DNA from: Elusimicrobiota bacterium
GTDB taxonomy: Bacteria > Elusimicrobiota > Elusimicrobia > UBA1565 > JACRDR01
DNA: 64,000 nt
NCBI GenBank assembly: GCA_041694815.1
Contig: JBGFSC010000029.1
Coordinates: forward strand, 20,302-84,301
Direction of reading: 5' to 3'
In this document: positions 9,100 through 18,719 of the stretch, in pieces
Layout: every line of letters starts with the position of its first letter
Position numbering within the stretch: position 1 is the stretch's first letter
Made by a program: the position numbers and the translations under genes
Notes under the pieces: model-generated
What the model saw: the letters and a program-made list of their open reading frames with translations, nothing else
Databases searched by the model: none
Told to the model about the DNA's origin: nothing

Positions 9100-10425
9100 C
9101 TATGGAGCGGGAAGCAGTCGATGAACTAATTGCGGGAAATCGCGGAAGGAGTCCTTCTCTTGGAAGGGATTCTCGTAGTCGTCCTTTCTGGCGGCCCGCA
9201 TACGCACGCCCACAAGCCGGCGTTTGGAGTCGATGACCGCGTACTGTCCCAGCCAGCCGTGGGCGGAGAAGCCTTCCATCGGGCCGTATTCGGTCACCTC
9301 ATAGTAGGAAAGGCGGTGGCGCTTCAATGCGGCCTCAAGCTGTTTGAGAGAATCCGGCTGGGTCCGGAAGACGTCGCGGACGGCTTGAAAAAATCGGTCG
9401 ACGCCCTGAAACGACTGCCCGATCATGGGACGGAGCGGCTCAATGAGATCATTCGGTACACCCACGCGAGCCCACATTTCGAAAAGCCGCTGCGTCAAGG
9501 CGACGGTCTTAGGCTCTTTATGAAGCCACCAAAGAAGGCCGCAGGAAGCGTTAAAGGCTTGCGATGGACTGGCCGAAAGTTCGATCCACTGCCGGTTAAT
9601 GACGCGTTGGCCTTTCCAGACACCGCCGTCGAGCACCATCTGCGCGATTTTGGCGAGATCCATGGGACGGATCATCAGCTCGCCGGCCGTCAGCGGAGTT
9701 CCTGTTTTGTCCTTGGCCCAATCCCAATCCTTAATGCCGAGGGGCTCAAAGAAGTGCTTGGCGATATAAAGATCGGCCCGTTGACCGGAGGCCTTTTCGA
9801 TGACGCCGGCCAGTAGGTCGACCGCGTTGTTGTTATAGGCGAACCAGGAGCCGGGTTCAAAGACGAGCGGCGACTGTAGCGCGTGGGTGACGACCCCTTC
9901 CGGCTTGGAAACGCCTCGGTCGGTGTCGAGTCCCGACGTATGGTTAAGCAGCATGCGAACGGTGATCCGGCCTTTGTCCCCCTGCTTCCATTGCGGGAAG
10001 AAATCGGCGACCGGCTGGTCGAGCGAAGCGATTCGCCCTTCCTCCAAAAGCCGGCCGACGGCAAGGCTGACGATCGACTTGGTGGCGGACATGGCGAAGA
10101 CTTTCGTTTCGACGTCTCCGACCGAGGCCACAAGCCTCCCGTTCCTGAGGATTATGACGGCTCCCGAGTGTTCCTCCGCGGATCGTTCCAGAAGGTGCTT
10201 GAGCGCCGCGGGGTCGATGGCGGGGTCGTCCGATCCTGTTGGCGGATCGTTTGGAAAGCCGGAGACCGGCACCTTCGTGACCGGCGCGGCCTCGGGAGGA
10301 AGGGCGCCCCGAAGCCCTGCGAGTTCCTTGAGTTGTTTGAAAGGCGAAAGCGCCAGCCCCAGACTGGGGCATAACAGTAATGGCGAGCAGAGCGCAGCTC
10401 GGAAGAATAAGGCTCGAAGGTGCAT
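9100..10425 (-). CDS. Serine hydrolase, beta-lactamase (AmpC/CubicO-like) family, secreted
   Basis: SATK (SxxK), LLNHTSGL, YNN (YxN), HGWLGQ; signal peptide from ATG 10425; visibly AT-richer than flanks. Confidence 0.85.
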   Translation of the reverse strand: MHLRALFFRAALCSPLLLCPSLGLALSPFKQLKELAGLRGALPPEAAPVTKVPVSGFPNDPPTGSDDPAIDPAALKHLLERSAEEHSGAVIILRNGRLVASVGDVETKVFAMSATKSIVSLAVGRLLEEGRIASLDQPVADFFPQWKQGDKGRITVRMLLNHTSGLDTDRGVSKPEGVVTHALQSPLVFEPGSWFAYNNNAVDLLAGVIEKASGQRADLYIAKHFFEPLGIKDWDWAKDKTGTPLTAGELMIRPMDLAKIAQMVLDGGVWKGQRVINRQWIELSASPSQAFNASCGLLWWLHKEPKTVALTQRLFEMWARVGVPNDLIEPLRPMIGQSFQGVDRFFQAVRDVFRTQPDSLKQLEAALKRHRLSYYEVTEYGPMEGFSAHGWLGQYAVIDSKRRLVGVRMRAARKDDYENPFQEKDSFRDFPQLVHRLLPAP

Positions 10426-10663
10426 TGATGTCGACCGTTTAATAGTTTCCGTAGATTGTAGCGATCTTAGGCAGCTTTCGATCAGGTACGGAGGGCCCAG
10501 CTGATGCTGGGCCTCTAGGCCCCTATAATGCCGCGGATGTCCGACGGTATATAAAGGCAACAATTTGTATCCTTAAAGCGGACCTGCCTTGCGGGAGTAT
10601 ACGACCTCCCGGCTGGCCCAAAACCCTTCCAAGGATCTCGCGGCCGATGCCGCTCGATGGGCT

Positions 10664-11290
10664 TTAGTAAGGATTCGGGTTGACGGGCTTGGAGGGAAGG
10701 ATCGGCGGCTTCTGGTGGGGGGGTGGCTGGTTCGAGATGCTGCGCAGCGAGCGGCCGGTGACGGAGCCGAAGCCCTGGATGACGCGCTTGACGATGTCGC
10801 GCGAGAGCAGGTCCCATAAGAACTCGCGGGCCTGCTCCTCGGTCTTGCCGCCGGTGACGGTGGGCGCCCCGAAAAGATGGATGCCCTCCATGGCGGGCTC
10901 CTGCCACAGGATCGTATTCGAGGTGCGGTCGATGAATTGCAGGTCGACGATCACTTGCAGTTTGTAGGCGATCGGCGTGAGCACCGAGTCGTACTGCGTC
11001 GGCGTGAGTATGTAGCGGCTGATGGTCACCAGCACGACGCCGTCGGCCTGAGCCTCGGGAAGCACGGCGTAGCGGCCGTCGCGGAGGAACTCGTCGCGCA
11101 GGCGCAGCACGAACTTGTCCTCGAGGCCGAACTGCTGCGTCTTGTTGATGATTGGGCGCACCGCCAGCTTCTGGATATGCCTGGGCAAGAGCTGCGACTT
11201 GGGCCGGTAGTTGATGTCGCTGGAGCTGCCGCAGCCGGCGGCCAAGACGGCGGCGGCGCAGGCGGCGAGGGACGTCAGGGATCGATTCAT
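10664..11290 (-). CDS. lptE: LPS assembly lipoprotein LptE
   Basis: Lipobox LAAGC, GGAGG SD, NKTQQFGLE pattern; directly downstream of leuS. Confidence 0.78.
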   Translation of the reverse strand: MNRSLTSLAACAAAVLAAGCGSSSDINYRPKSQLLPRHIQKLAVRPIINKTQQFGLEDKFVLRLRDEFLRDGRYAVLPEAQADGVVLVTISRYILTPTQYDSVLTPIAYKLQVIVDLQFIDRTSNTILWQEPAMEGIHLFGAPTVTGGKTEEQAREFLWDLLSRDIVKRVIQGFGSVTGRSLRSISNQPPPHQKPPILPSKPVNPNPY

Positions 11291-11303
11291 TGGGAAGCCT
11301 CCG

Positions 11304-13835
11304 TCAAGCGCGCAAGACAATATTTACCAATCTATTGGGCACGACCACAACCTTCGCCACGTTCGAGCCCTTGATCAAGGCTTGGATCTTGGGCAGGGCC
11401 AGTGCCGCCTCGCGCACGCTCTGCTCCGGGGAGCCCGCGTCCACCTCCAGGCGCTCGCGCAGCCTGCCGTTGACCTGCACGGCCAGCTCGACGCGGCTTT
11501 CCCGCAGCATTTCGGGGTCGTAGGAAGGCCAAGGCCGGGCCGCCAAGAGCCCGGGCTCTCCCGCCTTTTCCCAGAGCTCCTCCGTCCAATGCGGCGCGAA
11601 GGGGTGCAGCAGCGTCAGCAGGGCGCGCGCGTCCTCGCGGGAGGGGGCGCCGGCTTCCTGGATCTCGTTGAGGTAGATCATCAGGGCGCTGATGGCCGTG
11701 TTGAAGCGCAGGCCCTCGATGTCGGCGCCGATCTTGGCGATGGCGCGGTGGCGCTGGCGCTTGAGCCCCTCCCCTTCGCCCCACGGCGCGGAAAGGGCCG
11801 TCTGGACCCTCCTTAAGAAGCGCGCGAGCCCCTCGATGCCCTGCATGTCCCACGGCTTGGAGTCGTCGAAGGGCCCCATGAACATCTCGTACATGCGGAA
11901 CACGTCGGCGCCGTAGCGAGCCAGCACCTCGTCCGGGTTAATCACGTTCTTCTTGGACTTGGACATCTTCTCGATCTGCGGCTCGAGCCGCTCGCCGGTG
12001 GCCTTGAGCACGGCGCGATTGCCCTCTCCGATGTCGAGCTCACCGTAGGCGTGGTAATGGCCCCGCGCGTCGCGGTAGGCGTAGGAAAGGATCATGCCTT
12101 GGTGGCGGAGCTTCTGGAACGGCTCGGGGGTGCTGACCAGTCCCAGGTCGAAGAGCACCTTGTGCCAGAAGCGCGCGTAGAGCAGGTGCAACACCGCGTG
12201 CTCGGCGCCGCCGATGTAGCAGTCCACCGGCATCCAGGCCGCCTCCTTCTCCTTGGACCAGGCGGCGTCCGGGTTCCTCGGGTCGATGAAGCGCAGGTAG
12301 TACCAGCAGGAGCCGGCCCATTGCGGCATCGTGTTCGTCTCGCGGCGTGCGGGCGAGCCGCAGGAGGGGCATTGCGTCGACACCCAGCCCTCGATGGCGG
12401 CCAGCGGCGACTCCCCGGTCCCCGTGGGCCTGTATTCCTCGACGTCGGGCAGCAGCACCGGCAGGTCCTTCTCCGGCACCGGGACCTTGCCACATCGCGT
12501 GCAATGGACGATGGGGATGGGCTCTCCCCAATAGCGTTGCCGCGAGAAGACCCAATCCCGCAGCTTGTAGCGGACCTGCCGGCGTCCGAGCCCCTTGGAC
12601 TCCAGATGGGCGATCATTTTCTCCTTCGCTCGAGGCGTGGGAAGGCCCTCGATGGCGGGGGACGAGACGGCGACGCCGTCGCCGCAGAAGGGCTCCTCCG
12701 CCGCCCAGCCGGCGGGCGGCTCCACAACGCGGACGACGGGCAATCCGAATTGCGCGGCGAACTCGTGGTCCCGCTCGTCGTGGGCCGGCACGGCCATGAT
12801 GGCGCCGGTGCCGTAGGCGGCGAGCACGTAATCGGCGGTCCAGATCGGCAGCTTGGCGCCGGTCAGAGGATGTACCGCGCTAGCTCCCAGGGCTACGCCC
12901 GATTTGCCCCTGCGGAGCTCGCTGCGCTCAAGATCGGATTTGGACCTCGCGGCCGCGACGTACGCCTCGACCTCGCTCTTTTTCGACGGCTCGGTCAGGG
13001 ATGCCACCAAGGGGTGCTCCGGCGCGAGGACCAGGTAGGTTGCCCCGTAGAGCGTGTCCGGCCGCGTCGTGAAGACGAGGATATCCTTGCCGTCTCCCGG
13101 CAGGCCCGGGGCGTGCGCCTTAAATCCCAGCTCGGCTCCCTCGGATTTCCCGATCCAGTGACGCTGCATCGCCAGGGTGGACTCCGGCCAGTCGAGCCCC
13201 TCGAGGTCGGACAAGAGACGATCCGCGTAGGCGGTGATGCGCAGCAGCCATTGCCGCATGTCGCGCCTCTCGACGGCGGCGCCGCAACGCTCGCAGGCGC
13301 CCGAGAACACCTCCTCGTTCGCGAGCCCGGTCTTGCACGAGGGGCACCAGTTGATGGGTACCACTCCCTCGTAGGCGAGCCCTTTCTTGAAGAGCTGAAG
13401 GAATATCCACTGGGTCCATCGGTAGTAGGCTGGGTCGGTGGTGTCGATCTCGCGCTGCCAGTCGTAGCTAAATCCCAGCGAGCGGATCTGCCTCTTGAAG
13501 TTGGCGATGTTCTTACGGGTAACCTCGCGCGGGTGTATGCCGGTTTGGAGGGCGAAATTCTCCGCCGGCAAGCCGAAGGCGTCCCATCCCATCGGGTGGA
13601 GTACGTCGCGGCCGTTCATGCGCATGTAGCGGCAGAGGATGTCCGTCGCCGTGTAGCCTTCGGGGTGGCCGACGTGCAAGCCATCGGCCGAGGGGTAGGG
13701 GAACATATCGAGGCAGTAGAACTTCTTGCCCGGCCGTGGCAGCTGCGGTGCTTGGAACAGACCGGCCTCTTCCCAGCGGCGCTGCCATTTGGCCTCCACG
13801 GCGTTCGCGGCGGCGCGCTCGACGGATAAAGACAT
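11304..13835 (-). CDS. leuS: Leucine--tRNA ligase
   Basis: DMFPYPS..LHVGH (HIGH), TTRPDT, GTGAIMAVPAHD editing domain, KMSKS, VQVNG. Confidence 0.98.
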   Translation of the reverse strand: MSLSVERAAANAVEAKWQRRWEEAGLFQAPQLPRPGKKFYCLDMFPYPSADGLHVGHPEGYTATDILCRYMRMNGRDVLHPMGWDAFGLPAENFALQTGIHPREVTRKNIANFKRQIRSLGFSYDWQREIDTTDPAYYRWTQWIFLQLFKKGLAYEGVVPINWCPSCKTGLANEEVFSGACERCGAAVERRDMRQWLLRITAYADRLLSDLEGLDWPESTLAMQRHWIGKSEGAELGFKAHAPGLPGDGKDILVFTTRPDTLYGATYLVLAPEHPLVASLTEPSKKSEVEAYVAAARSKSDLERSELRRGKSGVALGASAVHPLTGAKLPIWTADYVLAAYGTGAIMAVPAHDERDHEFAAQFGLPVVRVVEPPAGWAAEEPFCGDGVAVSSPAIEGLPTPRAKEKMIAHLESKGLGRRQVRYKLRDWVFSRQRYWGEPIPIVHCTRCGKVPVPEKDLPVLLPDVEEYRPTGTGESPLAAIEGWVSTQCPSCGSPARRETNTMPQWAGSCWYYLRFIDPRNPDAAWSKEKEAAWMPVDCYIGGAEHAVLHLLYARFWHKVLFDLGLVSTPEPFQKLRHQGMILSYAYRDARGHYHAYGELDIGEGNRAVLKATGERLEPQIEKMSKSKKNVINPDEVLARYGADVFRMYEMFMGPFDDSKPWDMQGIEGLARFLRRVQTALSAPWGEGEGLKRQRHRAIAKIGADIEGLRFNTAISALMIYLNEIQEAGAPSREDARALLTLLHPFAPHWTEELWEKAGEPGLLAARPWPSYDPEMLRESRVELAVQVNGRLRERLEVDAGSPEQSVREAALALPKIQALIKGSNVAKVVVVPNRLVNIVLRA

Positions 13836-13887
13836 GAAAAAATTATAACATTTTAGGCCTCCCGACCATTTTTGCTACCATTCCGTC
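13836..13887. promoter_or_regulatory. Bidirectional leaderless promoter pair leuS / pepA
   Basis: Minus TGnTATAAT (13842-13847) 6 nt before leuS ATG; plus TGnTACCAT (13876-13881) 6 nt before pepA ATG. Confidence 0.65.
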
Positions 13888-15336
13888 ATGATCACCCTTA
13901 AAACAGTACCTATCGCCTCCCTCCGTTCTTCGGATATCCCCTGGGCCGTGTTCGCGTATGAGGACGGCGCCATCGCGGGCGCGGCCTCGCTGCCAGCGCG
14001 CGTCAAGAAGGAACTGCTGGAACGCGCCAAGGCCGAATCCTTCAAGGCGAAGGCGTCCGAATGCGTTTCGCTGCCGTCCTCCGACGGGACGCGCCAGCGG
14101 CGCTTCGTGCTCGTGGGTCTCGGCAAGCGCAAGGAACTGAGCTCCGAGGGGCTGCGACGCGCGGCCGGAAGCCTCGGGCAATACTGCAGGAAGCGCTTTA
14201 AGTCGGTGGCGGTATTCCCCTGCGGCGACGTTCAGGCCTTGGCCGAGGGCCTGCTCCTATCCTCCTACCGCTTCGACGAGTACCGCAAGCCCGATCCCGA
14301 CTCCATATGGACCGAGGCGCGCCTCGCTCAGGAGTCCTCCGCCGCGCGCACCTTGGAGGGAGCGCTCAAGCGAGCCTCCCTTTTCTGCGAGGCCGTCGCC
14401 CTGGCGCGCGACCTTGTCAACCGAGGCCCGAGCGACAAGCGTCCGGAGGCGATGGGCAGCGTGGCCCATAGCCTGGCCAAGTCGCGAGTCTCCGTCAAGA
14501 TTATCGACCGAGACGAGGCCGAGAAGATGGGCATGGGGTCCTACCTCAGCGTGGCGCGGGGCAGCTCCGTGCCCCCTTGCTTCGTCCATTTGGTCTACAA
14601 GCCCAAGGGCGCCAAGCGCAAGATCGCCCTGGTGGGCAAGGGGATCACCTTCGACTCGGGCGGGCTCTCGCTCAAGCCGCCCCAAGCGATGGAGGACATG
14701 AAGATGGATATGGCCGGGGCCGCCCTCGTGCTGGGCGTCTTCCGGGTCCTGGAGCGCCTGGGCGTCAAGGCGGAGGTGCACGGCGTCTGCGCCTTCACGT
14801 ACAACATGCCCGGCCCGGACGCGACCAAGCCGGGAGACATCGTCCGCGCGATGAACGGGAAGACGATCGAGGTGCTCAATACCGACGCCGAGGGGCGCCT
14901 GGTGCTGGCCGACGCGCTGGTGTACGCCGGCAGGCAGGGCGTCGATACCATGCTCAATTTCGCCACGCTGACGGGTGCCGCCCTGATCGCGCTCGGCAGC
15001 AAGGTGACCGCCGTCATGACCAACGACCGCCCCCTGCTGGCGAAGATACAGAAGGCCTCGGAAAAGAGCGGGGAGGCCGTCTGGGAGCTTCCCCTGGTCG
15101 CCGAGTACGCCGAAAGGATCAAGAGCTCGATCGCGGACCTGCGCAATATCTCCAAGGTGCGCACCGAGGCCGGAACCATCATCGGCGGGCTGTTCCTCCA
15201 GGAGTTCGTCGACGGCAAGCCTTGGATGCATTTCGACATCGCGGGCCCGGCCTGGACCACCGGCGATCCCTATTGTCCGGAGGGCGGTACGGGTGCGATG
15301 ATCCGCACGGTGCTCGAATACCTGACGGCCTTATGA
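13888..15336 (+). CDS. pepA: Leucyl aminopeptidase (M17)
   Basis: VGKGITFDSGG, MKMDMAGAA, NTDAEGRLVLAD, ATLTGA, HFDIAG. Confidence 0.96.
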   Translation: MITLKTVPIASLRSSDIPWAVFAYEDGAIAGAASLPARVKKELLERAKAESFKAKASECVSLPSSDGTRQRRFVLVGLGKRKELSSEGLRRAAGSLGQYCRKRFKSVAVFPCGDVQALAEGLLLSSYRFDEYRKPDPDSIWTEARLAQESSAARTLEGALKRASLFCEAVALARDLVNRGPSDKRPEAMGSVAHSLAKSRVSVKIIDRDEAEKMGMGSYLSVARGSSVPPCFVHLVYKPKGAKRKIALVGKGITFDSGGLSLKPPQAMEDMKMDMAGAALVLGVFRVLERLGVKAEVHGVCAFTYNMPGPDATKPGDIVRAMNGKTIEVLNTDAEGRLVLADALVYAGRQGVDTMLNFATLTGAALIALGSKVTAVMTNDRPLLAKIQKASEKSGEAVWELPLVAEYAERIKSSIADLRNISKVRTEAGTIIGGLFLQEFVDGKPWMHFDIAGPAWTTGDPYCPEGGTGAMIRTVLEYLTAL

Positions 15337-15899
15337 AGCGATCCGCCCCCGCGGACGCCCTCGAGGAGCATTTCCGCCGCCTTCTTTCCCAGCTGGGGGA
15401 AGACCCGGATCGCGAGGGCTTGGTCAAGACGCCCGCGCGCATGGCGCGCGCGTGGCGGGAGCTGACGGCGGGCTACGGCGCCGACGTCGACGCCATCGTC
15501 AACGACGCCCTATTCTCGGTCGCCTACAACGAGATGGTCCTCGTCAAGGACATCACCTTCTACAGCCTTTGCGAGCATCACGGACTGCCCTTCTTCGGCA
15601 AGGCGCATGTCGCCTACGTCCCCGACCGCCGCGTCATCGGACTCTCCAAGATCCCGCGCCTGGTGAACGTCTTCGCGCGCCGCCTTCAAGTGCAGGAGCG
15701 CATGACCAGCCAGATCGCCGAAACTCTACAGGAAAAGCTCAGGCCTCTGGGCGTGGGCGTGGTTCTGGAGGCCCGGCACCTCTGCATGGAGATGCGCGGG
15801 GCCCAAAGCCTGCTGTCTCCCACGGTCACGAGCTCCATGCTGGGGACGTTCCAGAAGGACGCGCGTACGCGCGAGGAGTTCCTAAGGCTGCTTCGTTAG
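15333..15899 (+). CDS. folE: GTP cyclohydrolase I
   Basis: GEDPDREGLVKTPAR, SLCEHH, GLSKIPR, RRLQVQERMT, HLCMEMRG. ATG 15333 overlaps the pepA stop. Confidence 0.96.
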   Translation: MKRSAPADALEEHFRRLLSQLGEDPDREGLVKTPARMARAWRELTAGYGADVDAIVNDALFSVAYNEMVLVKDITFYSLCEHHGLPFFGKAHVAYVPDRRVIGLSKIPRLVNVFARRLQVQERMTSQIAETLQEKLRPLGVGVVLEARHLCMEMRGAQSLLSPTVTSSMLGTFQKDARTREEFLRLLR

Positions 15900-18662
15900 C
15901 AGCGCGACCGCGTCCCCGCGGTCGGCCGCCGGTTCCGCCAGGGGCAGCGTAAAGTGGAAGGTCGAGCCCTTCCCCTCCGCGCTTTCCACCCATATCGTGC
16001 CGCCGTGCCCCTCAACGATCTGCTTGACGATCGAAAGGCCCAGTCCCGTGCCACGGACCTGGGAAAAGTCCGGGTGTGCCCGGTGGAAGCGGTCGAAGAC
16101 CAGCGGCAGTTCCTCCTGGGGGATGCCGATGCCGTGATCGCGCACGGAGATCAACGCGTTCTCCTTCTCCGCGTGGGCCTCGATCAGGATGACCGCGCCT
16201 TTCGGGCTGAACTTGATGGCGTTCTCGATGAGATTCTGGAAAATCCGGTAGAGCTGGTGCTTCTGGGCGAGCAGCCTCAGCCCCGGCTCGACCTTGCTGC
16301 GGAGGATCACCTGCTTGCCGCGCGTAAGCGGGCGCAGGCTGCTGGTCACCTCGCGCAGGAAGGTGGCCAACAGAACCGGCTTCGGGCGCAGCTGTCGCTT
16401 CTTGTCCACCTCCAGGGCCGATATCGAGAGCAGATCCTCGACGAGCAGCGAGAGGCGCTTGGCGTGCCGGGCGATCGTCTTGACGAAATCGAGGCGCCGG
16501 CGGCGGTCGTCGAGCCCTCCCCGAAGCAGCGTCTCGGCGAAGCCGGAGATGGCGGCGATGGGGGTACGGAACTCGTGGGAGACGTTGGCCACGAAATCCA
16601 TCTGGTAGCGCTCCTTGGCCTTAAGTATTTCCGTCTCCTTGGCCATGCGCCGGTCGTAGGAAGCCCGCAGCAGGGAGCGGACCCGGGTCACTAGCTCCTG
16701 TGGATGGAAGGGCTTAAATAAGTATTCGTCCGCGCCCGCCTCCCATCCCTCCAGAAGCGCCTGGCGGTTCGTCATGGCCGTCAGCATCACGACCAGGATG
16801 TCGGCCGTGCGCGGGTCGGATTTGAGCTCCTTGCAGAGCTCCAGGCCGCTTTTGTTGGGCATCATGACGTCGGAGAGCAGGACATCGGGCAGCCAGGCCC
16901 GCGCGATCTCCAGCGCGCTCGAGCCGTCCTTGGCCGCCTTGATCCTGCAGAACCCGTTGAGCAGCGTCGTCACGAATGCGGTGAGCTCCGCGTTGTCCTC
17001 GGCGATGAGCACCTTCGGCAGGTCCAGCCGGCGATCGTCAAGCTCGGTGGGCCCGACGATGCCCTGCTGGTAGAGCTCTATCGCCTTTCGCTCGCCCGGA
17101 GCGAAATCCTCGGCTGGCGCCTCCGCGCGCGGCGCGGCCAGCTCAACGACGAACGTGCTCCCCTTGCCGAACTCGCTGTGCACGTCCACGCTGCCGCCCA
17201 AGAGTGCCGCGAATTCCTTGACCAGCGCCAGGCCCAACCCGGTTCCTTCGAAGCGGCGGGTCGAGGAGACGTGGAATTGGCGGAATTTCTCGAAGAGATG
17301 CTTGACCTCGTCCGGGTGGATCCCGATGCCGGTGTCCTGCACGCTCAGCCTCAGCCGGTCTTGCTCCCAGCGCAGCGAGACTCCAATCCTGCCCCCCGGG
17401 GGGGTGTATTTGACCGCGTTCGAGAGCAGGTTGAAAGCGATGCGCTCGTAGAGGTAGCGGTCGAGGCGGACCGAGATCTGGGGGGGGTGGGCCTGGAACT
17501 GGATGTCGAGCTTCTTCTGCTCCATGAGCGGACGGAAATCCTCGAGGATGTAATGCGTCAACTTGACGATGCACAAGGGCTCCGGGTTGATCTCGACCTT
17601 GTTGGCCTCCAGCCGCGCGAAGTCCAGCAGTCCCGTGAGCATCTGAAGCAGGCGGACGGCGTTGTTGTGCATCGTCGAAAGGACGCGGGTCTGCGCCCGG
17701 GCCAATTCCCCGTAATGCCCGGAGAGCAGCGATTCCAAGGGCGCCAGGATCAAGGTCAGGGGGGTCCTCAATTCGTGCGACACGTTGGCGAAAAAGGCGT
17801 CCTTGAGCCTTTCCGTCTCCAGCATGCGCTGGTTGGTGGCGCGCAGCTCCTTCATCCGCTGGGCCAACAGCTCCTCGACATGCTTGCGCTCGGAGATGTC
17901 GCGGTCGACGCCCCGGTAGCCCTTCAGGCGTCCCTGTGAGTCGAGCACCGGCGTGCCGCTGCATTCCAGAAAGCCCAGGCGCCCGTCCTTGCGCACGATG
18001 CGGTGGGTAAGAAGGTAGAACGGGCGCCGTTCGGCGGCGAAGCGGTTGATGAGGGCCCCGATACGCTCGGCGTCGGCGGCGGGCATGAAGTCGGTGGGCC
18101 TGCGCCCGATCATCTCGGCCGCGGTGTAGCCGAAGATAGAGAGTACGTTCGGGCTGCAATAATTGAAATAACCCTGCTCGTCCGTTTCCCAGAGCAGGTC
18201 GCTCGTGTTTTCGACCAGGTCGCGGAAGCGGGCCTCTTCCTTATGTAGCTCGTCGTTCGTGTTCCACGGGGTCTGGAGGGATAAGAGCCCCACGATCCTT
18301 CCCTGGATCGAGGTGGGCACGTAGTCGGCCCGCGTCTCGATGATGGCTCCGCTTTTACCTTTATGTTTGACGGGGAAGGAGGCGGGCTTTTCCGGGGCGC
18401 GGGTTACGTGGTCGCGGAGGTGGCAGTTGGTGTCGGCGCAGATGTCCGATAGGCGCAGGCTCGAGAACTCCTCGCGCGTGTAGCCGTAATGCTCCATGGC
18501 CGAGTCGTTGACGGCCACGACGGCCTGCGTCGACGTGTCGATGACCCAGCAGGGATGCGGTATCTTGTCGAAGAGCACGCGGTACTGCTCCTCGAATTCC
18601 CTGAATTTTTCGGCCTCGCCGCTGCGCGAGACCAGCGACGGAAGCCGGAAAAGGCTTAACAT
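15882..18662 (-). CDS. Cytoplasmic hybrid sensor kinase PAS-PAS-HisKA-HATPase-REC-HisKA-HATPase
   Basis: Two H-boxes (NVSHELRTP, NVSHEFRTP), two N/G boxes (NLLSNAVKY/GTGLGL; NLIENAIKF/GTGLGL), receiver (LLSDVMMP..SG, KPF), two PAS domains; no TM. Confidence 0.92.
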   Translation of the reverse strand: MLSLFRLPSLVSRSGEAEKFREFEEQYRVLFDKIPHPCWVIDTSTQAVVAVNDSAMEHYGYTREEFSSLRLSDICADTNCHLRDHVTRAPEKPASFPVKHKGKSGAIIETRADYVPTSIQGRIVGLLSLQTPWNTNDELHKEEARFRDLVENTSDLLWETDEQGYFNYCSPNVLSIFGYTAAEMIGRRPTDFMPAADAERIGALINRFAAERRPFYLLTHRIVRKDGRLGFLECSGTPVLDSQGRLKGYRGVDRDISERKHVEELLAQRMKELRATNQRMLETERLKDAFFANVSHELRTPLTLILAPLESLLSGHYGELARAQTRVLSTMHNNAVRLLQMLTGLLDFARLEANKVEINPEPLCIVKLTHYILEDFRPLMEQKKLDIQFQAHPPQISVRLDRYLYERIAFNLLSNAVKYTPPGGRIGVSLRWEQDRLRLSVQDTGIGIHPDEVKHLFEKFRQFHVSSTRRFEGTGLGLALVKEFAALLGGSVDVHSEFGKGSTFVVELAAPRAEAPAEDFAPGERKAIELYQQGIVGPTELDDRRLDLPKVLIAEDNAELTAFVTTLLNGFCRIKAAKDGSSALEIARAWLPDVLLSDVMMPNKSGLELCKELKSDPRTADILVVMLTAMTNRQALLEGWEAGADEYLFKPFHPQELVTRVRSLLRASYDRRMAKETEILKAKERYQMDFVANVSHEFRTPIAAISGFAETLLRGGLDDRRRRLDFVKTIARHAKRLSLLVEDLLSISALEVDKKRQLRPKPVLLATFLREVTSSLRPLTRGKQVILRSKVEPGLRLLAQKHQLYRIFQNLIENAIKFSPKGAVILIEAHAEKENALISVRDHGIGIPQEELPLVFDRFHRAHPDFSQVRGTGLGLSIVKQIVEGHGGTIWVESAEGKGSTFHFTLPLAEPAADRGDAVALLTKQP

Positions 18663-18719
18663 AAAACAATATTATAGCCTACAATTCCGTCGAAAAAGCG
18701 GCCAGCGGCGTGTAATTAT

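Noticed and set aside
9100..10425. Bona fide antibiotic-resistance beta-lactamase
   Set aside because: SxxK/YxN motifs are shared by many esterases and peptidases, and the third motif is HGW rather than KTG; substrate cannot be inferred.
10491..10515. GC hairpin GAGGGCCCAGC-TGAT-GCTGGGCCTC
   Set aside because: No U tract on either strand and ~150 nt from the lptE stop; function not assignable.
10524..10554. TATAAT-N7-ATG followed by a 5-codon ORF (MSDGI*)
   Set aside because: Fits the leaderless geometry but has a poor -35, and read-through gives no recognisable protein; cannot be supported as a gene.
12051..13829. 592-aa plus-strand ORF, and similar long antisense ORFs at 28855-30552, 41341-42630 and 59694-61664
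   Set aside because: Antisense shadows of leuS, ctaD, GH38/xylF and nrdJ, expected in high-GC coding DNA; no recognisable motifs.
14577..15332. N-terminal extension of the folE ORF (likewise pssA from 48075, psd from 48073, ctaA from 31685, ctaB from 32623)
   Set aside because: Extensions overlap upstream genes or the tRNA; family similarity begins at the downstream coupled start codons.
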